From an uncultured Actinomycetes bacterium (GTDB taxonomy: Bacteria; Actinomycetota; Actinomycetes; Jiangellales; Jiangellaceae): DNA of 64,000 nt. The notes beneath the pieces were generated by a model that saw only the letters and a program-made list of their open reading frames with translations, was not told where the DNA came from and did no database searches. The stretch covers positions 23,908 to 87,907 of the forward strand of contig CAYHHE010000001.1 in the NCBI GenBank assembly GCA_964356295.1. Direction: 5' to 3'. A program made the position numbers and the translations under genes. Positions 59,727 to 64,000 of this stretch are shown here, piece by piece (within the stretch, counting starts at the first letter, position 1; each line of letters starts with the position of its first letter).

Positions 59727-59940
59727 CGTGATCAGGGCGGGGTTGTAGGGCCTCGAGCATGATCACGGCGCCCCAGGTGTGGTGGATCGTCGCGTCAGAG
59801 CGCCGTAGGTGTCGCTATGACGACACCTACGGCGCCCTGATCATCACGACCACCACCGCGCAGGCGCCCTGATCATGCTCCAGCCACCACCAGGGCGCCC
59901 TGATCAAGGGTCAGCCACCACCAGGGCGCCCTGATCATGG
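59727..59940. repeat. composite repeat: ~126-bp imperfect palindrome plus three tandem 31-33-bp units carrying GGCGCCCTGATCA
   Basis: Perfect 15-bp stem GCGCCGTAGGTGTCG / CGACACCTACGGCGC (59800-59814 / 59821-59835, loop CTATGA). The arms extend imperfectly to 59755 and 59880. Tandem units start at 59848, 59881 and 59912. GGCGCCCTGATCA occurs at 59831, 59863, 59894 and 59925, and degenerate inverted copies at 59729 and 59759. Confidence 0.85.
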
Positions 59941-60053
59941 CTGGGGTGGGGAGAGCACCGGCAGTCAGCCGCAGGTGGACGCCCGCAGGGCCATGGCTCG
60001 GGCTCTCGCCCATGGACGCCGCGGGTCCCCACCACGATCGCGAAACCCCGAGG

Positions 60054-61229
60054 CTAGATCGTCCCCACCGTCTGCACCGTGATCAGGTGCGGGGCGGTGT
60101 CTCGGGCGTCCGCCTCCACCGAGCGACGCAGCGCGGCGTGCATCGTGGTGGGGGTGAGAACTCCCAGGTAGGTGTCGTCGCCTGGGTCGAGCACCGCGAT
60201 CCATCCGGCGTCGTGCTGCAGCATCAGACCGAAGGCGTGCTTGAGCGAGTCGCCGAGGTGGATGGATGCCTCCATCGGCCGGGTCCAGCGCCGCACCGGG
60301 CCCGCTCGCCGCGCCCCGGACTCCGCGTCGGCCAGCCCTACCCACCCGACCAGACGATCCTGCCCGTCCAGCACGACCGCCCACCGGGAGTCCGCGCCGC
60401 GCATCGAGTCCTCCGCCACCTCCCAGTCGCTGGTGTCGGTGACGACCGGAGGACGATCGACGTCGGCCTCGATGACCGGGGTGACGGCCAGTCGCTTCAG
60501 GCCCCGGTCGGCGCCGACGAACTCGGCGACGAAGGGGGTGGCCGGAGAACCCAGGATGGCCGCCGGGGAGTCGTACTGCTCGAGCCGACCACCCTGGGAG
60601 AGCACGGCCACCCGGTCACCGAGCCGCACCGCTTCCTCGATGTCGTGAGTGACGAACAGGACGGTCGTTGCGACCTCGGCCTGCAGTCGCAGGAACTCCT
60701 CCTGCAGCTGGCCCCGCACGATCGGGTCCACGGCGCTGAACGGCTCGTCCATGAGCAGGACGGGAGGGTCGGCGGCCAGCGCGCGGGCCACCCCGACGCG
60801 CTGCCGCTGCCCGCCGGACAGCTCGTGCGGGTAGCGCGGGCCATGGCGGCGCCTGTCGAGCCCGACCAGGTCGAGCAGTTCCTCCGCTCGGGCCTGCGCG
60901 TCACGGCGGGGCCAGCCGAGCAGGTCGGGGACCGTGCTGACGTTCTGGAGCACCGTGCGGTGCGGGAAGAGCCCCACGTGCTGGATGACGTACCCGATCC
61001 GGCGCCGCAGCTCCACCGGGTCGGTCTCGGCGACGTCCTTGCCGTCCAGCATGACGCGTCCCGACGACGGGTCCACCAGACGGTTGACCATGCGCATGGA
61101 CGTGGTCTTGCCGCAGCCCGACGGGCCCACCAGCACCACGATCTCGCCCCGCTGCACCGTCAGGCTCAGCCCGTCGACCGCGGTCGTCCCGTCCGGGTAG
61201 GTCTTGGTGACCCGGTCGAACTCGATCAT
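60054..61229 (-). CDS. glycine betaine/carnitine/choline (OpuC/ProV-type) ABC transporter ATP-binding protein with CBS pair
   Basis: ATG 61229 (MIEFDRVTKTY). GPSGCGKTT, LSGGQRQRV, VLLMDEPFSAVD, and a C-terminal tandem CBS region. Track ORF 60054..61469 is an extension. Confidence 0.9.
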   Translation of the reverse strand: MIEFDRVTKTYPDGTTAVDGLSLTVQRGEIVVLVGPSGCGKTTSMRMVNRLVDPSSGRVMLDGKDVAETDPVELRRRIGYVIQHVGLFPHRTVLQNVSTVPDLLGWPRRDAQARAEELLDLVGLDRRRHGPRYPHELSGGQRQRVGVARALAADPPVLLMDEPFSAVDPIVRGQLQEEFLRLQAEVATTVLFVTHDIEEAVRLGDRVAVLSQGGRLEQYDSPAAILGSPATPFVAEFVGADRGLKRLAVTPVIEADVDRPPVVTDTSDWEVAEDSMRGADSRWAVVLDGQDRLVGWVGLADAESGARRAGPVRRWTRPMEASIHLGDSLKHAFGLMLQHDAGWIAVLDPGDDTYLGVLTPTTMHAALRRSVEADARDTAPHLITVQTVGTI

Positions 61230-61277
61230 CGGGGCGGCGCCGCCTGCCGGGACCGCAGACGGTCCGGTAGCGTCGTC
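61230..61277. promoter_or_regulatory. 48-bp divergent spacer between the OpuC-type ATPase and permease genes, with an imperfect inverted repeat
   Basis: CCGGGACC-GCAGAC-GGTCCGG is centred in the spacer. It must hold both divergent promoters and start regions. Confidence 0.3.
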
Positions 61278-61976
61278 ATGGTGGTCGGCCACGGGATCAC
61301 CCTGTCCGAGAGCTGCCTGACGCGCAACGACTGGATCTGCTGGGAATACGTCCGCACCCGTTCCGACGAGCTGGTCGAGGCGACCGTCGCGCACGTGACG
61401 CTGGCCGTCGTCGCCGTCGTGGTCGCCTGCCTGACGGCCGTCCCGCTGGCACTGCTGGCCCGCCGACAACCAGCGCTGCGTCAGCCGATCGAGGGCACCG
61501 CAGCGATCATCTACACGATCCCGTCGCTGGCGCTGTTCGCGGTGCTCGTGCCGTTCACCGGGTTGTCAGCGGTGACCGTGGTCATCGGCCTGGTGCTGTA
61601 CGCACAGACGATCCTCATCCGCGCGCTGCTCGTCGGGTTGGCGGCAGTGCCGCCCGACGTCCGGGACGCCGCGGTCGGGATGGGCTTCGGGCCGGCCAGG
61701 CTGCTGCTCACCGTCGAGGCGCCGCTGGCCACCCCGACGATCATGGCCGGGCTGCGGGTGGCAGCGGTGTCTACGGTCGCGCTGACTACCGTGGGGGCGA
61801 TCATCGGGCACGGCGGGCTGGGCAACCTCATCTATGCGGGGTTGCGCTCGGTGTTCCGCGCCGAGGTGTTGACCGCGTCCGTGCTGTGCGTGGTGCTGGC
61901 CGTGCTCGCGGACCTGGCACTCGTCGGACTTCAGCGCTTGCTCACACCCTGGCGGCGCACCGTGGGAGTGAGCTGA
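61278..61976 (+). CDS. osmoprotectant ABC transporter permease (OpuCB-like)
   Basis: ATG 61278, 232 aa, multi-TM. Permease loop DAAVGMGFGPARLLLTVEAPLA. Confidence 0.85.
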   Translation: MVVGHGITLSESCLTRNDWICWEYVRTRSDELVEATVAHVTLAVVAVVVACLTAVPLALLARRQPALRQPIEGTAAIIYTIPSLALFAVLVPFTGLSAVTVVIGLVLYAQTILIRALLVGLAAVPPDVRDAAVGMGFGPARLLLTVEAPLATPTIMAGLRVAAVSTVALTTVGAIIGHGGLGNLIYAGLRSVFRAEVLTASVLCVVLAVLADLALVGLQRLLTPWRRTVGVS

Positions 61977-61978
61977 CG

Positions 61979-62635
61979 ATGGGCTTGCCGTCTGAGCTGC
62001 TCGCCTGGTTCAGCGACCCGGAGAACTGGGTCGGCCCCGGTGGTGTCCTGGTCCGCACCGTCGAGCACGTCGGGCTGACCGCGGCCTCGGTCGGTCTGGC
62101 GTGCCTGGTCGCGATCCCCCTGGGGCTGTGGCTGGGTCACACCGGTCGCGGGGGCACCTTGGCCATCAACGTCTCCAACGTCGGACGGGCCGTGCCCACC
62201 TTCGCCGTCCTGGTGATCCTGGCCCTCGGCCCGCTCGGGCTGTCGATCTGGTCCACCCTGGTCGCACTGGTGCTGTTCGCGGTGCCTCCGATCCTCACCA
62301 ACGTCTACGTCGGCGTCCGGGAGGTCGACCAGGACGCTCGTGCCGCCGCGGTGGGCATGGGCATGTCCGGAAGCCAGGTGCTGCAGCGCGTCGAGCTGCC
62401 GCTGGCGACACCGCTGGTGGTCGTGGGCGTCCGGTTGGCGACCCTTCAGGTGATCGCCACGGCCACGATCGCCGCGCTGGTGGCCGGGCCGGGGCTGGGC
62501 CGCATCATCACCGCAGGCTTCGGTCGGCAGGACCAGGCCCAGATCGTCGCCGGCGCGCTCCTGGTCGCCGTGCTCGCCCTGGCCACCGAGTTGGCCTTCA
62601 CCCGCGTGCAGCGACGCGGTCGCCGGATCGGATGA
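61979..62635 (+). CDS. osmoprotectant ABC transporter permease (OpuCD-like)
   Basis: ATG 61979, 218 aa. Loop AAAVGMGMSGSQVLQRVELPLA. Confidence 0.85.
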   Translation: MGLPSELLAWFSDPENWVGPGGVLVRTVEHVGLTAASVGLACLVAIPLGLWLGHTGRGGTLAINVSNVGRAVPTFAVLVILALGPLGLSIWSTLVALVLFAVPPILTNVYVGVREVDQDARAAAVGMGMSGSQVLQRVELPLATPLVVVGVRLATLQVIATATIAALVAGPGLGRIITAGFGRQDQAQIVAGALLVAVLALATELAFTRVQRRGRRIG

Positions 62636-62654
62636 TGTCGTGTTGCATGGTCGC

Positions 62655-63614
62655 ATGCGCCTGCGTCTGACTCGCACCGTCGTCCCCTTCGCCTGTGCAG
62701 CGCTCGCCCTGGCTGCCTGCGGCGGATCCTCGGACCCCGACCAGGAGGCCGAGGACACCGGTGCTGCCGAGGACTCGTCCACGACCGAGGTAGTCGTCGG
62801 GGGACCGACCTTCACCGAAGCCGTCATCATGGTCGAGCTCTACCGCGCCGTCCTGGAGGATGCCGGCTACTCGGTGGACGTGCAGACCGCCGACAACCGC
62901 GAGGTCTACGCGCCGGCCCTGCAGCGTGGGGAGATCGACGTGGTGCCGGACTACCTCGGCGGCATCACGGAGTTCATCAACCGCGACATCAACGGGCCGG
63001 ACGCCGATTCGGTCGCCACCGCGAACGTCGAGGGCACCCTCGACGTGTTGACCGACCTCGGGGAGGAGTTCGGGATCGTCGCCCTCGAACCGTCCGGGGC
63101 GACCAACCAGGACGCGTTCTTCGTGACCGAGCAGTTCGCCTCGGACAACGGTGTCAGCACGCTGAGCGGGCTGGCCGCGCTCGGCGAGCCGGTCGTGCTG
63201 GCGGCCACCGAGGAGTGCCCAGAGCGGTTCACCTGCCAGCTCGGTCTGGAGGAGGTGTACGGGCTGAGCATCGAGGAGGTGCTCCCGCTGGGGTTCGGCT
63301 CGCCGCAGGCCAAGCAGGCCGTCGTCGACGGGGAGGCGGCGCTCGGTCTGACCGGGACGACCGACGGGACGTTGCCCGACCTCGGCCTGGTCCTGCTGGA
63401 GGACGACCTCAACTGGCAGCCCGCCCAGAACCTCACCCCCGTGCTCAACCCTGACCTCGAGGGGGAGTCCGCGCTCGTCGAGGCGCTGAACCGGCTCTCC
63501 GACGAGCTCACCACCGAGGATCTCACCCAGATGAACCTGCGTGTCGACCAGGACCGTCAGAAGCCCGAGGACGTGGCCCGCGACTACCTCCAGGAGAGAG
63601 GCCTGATCGGCTGA
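62655..63614 (+). CDS. glycine betaine/osmoprotectant ABC transporter substrate-binding lipoprotein (OpuAC-fold)
   Basis: MRLRLTRTVVPFACAALALAACGG signal peptide plus lipobox. VVGGPTFTEAVIMVELY and VVPDYLGG are typical. The track start is GTG 62640. Confidence 0.85.
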   Translation: MRLRLTRTVVPFACAALALAACGGSSDPDQEAEDTGAAEDSSTTEVVVGGPTFTEAVIMVELYRAVLEDAGYSVDVQTADNREVYAPALQRGEIDVVPDYLGGITEFINRDINGPDADSVATANVEGTLDVLTDLGEEFGIVALEPSGATNQDAFFVTEQFASDNGVSTLSGLAALGEPVVLAATEECPERFTCQLGLEEVYGLSIEEVLPLGFGSPQAKQAVVDGEAALGLTGTTDGTLPDLGLVLLEDDLNWQPAQNLTPVLNPDLEGESALVEALNRLSDELTTEDLTQMNLRVDQDRQKPEDVARDYLQERGLIG

Positions 63615-63644
63615 CCGGGTTCCGGACGGTGTGGGGCTGACCGT

Positions 63645-64000
63645 GTGTCGGAGCCTGCGATTACCGTCAGCGTCGTGACTTCTGTGGACAGGGTGTTCGC
63701 CCCGCCCTCCGAGCCGTGGCTGCGCGTGTCGCTGAAACTGATCAGTGCGCGGCGGCTGGTCCTGGTCGTCACGCTGGTTCCGGCGACGCTGCTGCTGGTC
63801 GGGGCGCTCACCTTGCCGTCCTTGGGGCAGGACGACCCGCCGATACCGCTCTGGGTGCCCGGTCTCGTCGCTGGCCTCGCCTTGGTCGTCGGGGTCTGGG
63901 CCTGGTGGCTGGTCGGCCGCCGGGTGCGCTCCTACGGCTACTGCGAACGCGCTGACGACCTACTGGTGACCAGCGGCATCCTGTTCCGAAGGCTCGTCAT
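63645..64000 (+). CDS. PH-domain (bPH_2/YdbS-like) membrane protein, 5' part (runs off window end)
   Basis: Frame is open from 63615 to the window end and is not in the ORF track because no stop is reached. Two TM segments, then YCERADDLLVTSGILFRRLV, typical of bPH_2. Start is GTG 63645, 63675 or 63684. Confidence 0.6.
   Translation, partial: MSEPAITVSVVTSVDRVFAPPSEPWLRVSLKLISARRLVLVVTLVPATLLLVGALTLPSLGQDDPPIPLWVPGLVAGLALVVGVWAWWLVGRRVRSYGYCERADDLLVTSGILFRRLV

Overview
Very GC-rich (third codon positions almost all G/C) chromosomal segment, by gene content and order from an Actinomycetota genome. I support about 62 protein-coding genes. I found no rRNA, tRNA, CRISPR array, transposase or integrase. 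Most long ORFs in the six-frame track are Arg/Pro/Gly-rich shadow frames lying opposite or out of frame to recognisable genes. Left to right: PotB/PotC-type ABC permeases; a secreted esterase, a PPOX-like protein, a flavodoxin-like protein and a GH13_18 phosphorylase; a stand-alone DUF294; DUF3145; the fabF-acpP-fabH-fabD-fasR fatty-acid synthase II (FAS-II) block; a complete hypABFCDE [NiFe]-hydrogenase maturation operon with no hydrogenase structural genes in the window; a truncated PolX/PHP protein; ppk2; aceE with its usual DUF1918/DUF3052/AhpE neighbours; a cupin and an alpha-hydroxy-acid oxidase; a metal-type ABC importer; two GT4 glycosyltransferases, one fused to an SGNH hydrolase; F420-NADP reductase; a CoA-transferase; fadA/fadB; fbiC; a Fur-family regulator; an MFS transporter; a hydrolase; fadD; a beta-PGM::GH65 fusion; lgt; an acidic tandem-repeat protein coupled to an RDD protein plus an ABC-2 exporter; ppa; the DUF2342-tilS-hpt-ftsH-folE-folP-folB-folK-DUF3180 block; a decayed, repeat-rich spacer; an osmoprotectant (OpuC-type) ABC transporter; and a PH-domain membrane protein cut by the window end. 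Many neighbouring genes overlap by 4 nt (ATGA/GTGA), which suggests translational coupling. I did not recognise a clear-cut novel multi-gene system such as a defence or mobile system. The best second-look candidates are: (1) the orphan hyp block inserted into the conserved aceE/fasR/fabD neighbourhood; (2) a duplicated structured element in the hypD-hypE spacer; (3) the repeat-protein/RDD/ABC-2 cluster; (4) an iteron-like repeat plus long palindrome at 59.7-59.9 kb; and (5) several Rosetta-type gene fusions. All functional calls come from motif and family recognition by eye, with no database search, and start codons are often ambiguous (GTG-rich).
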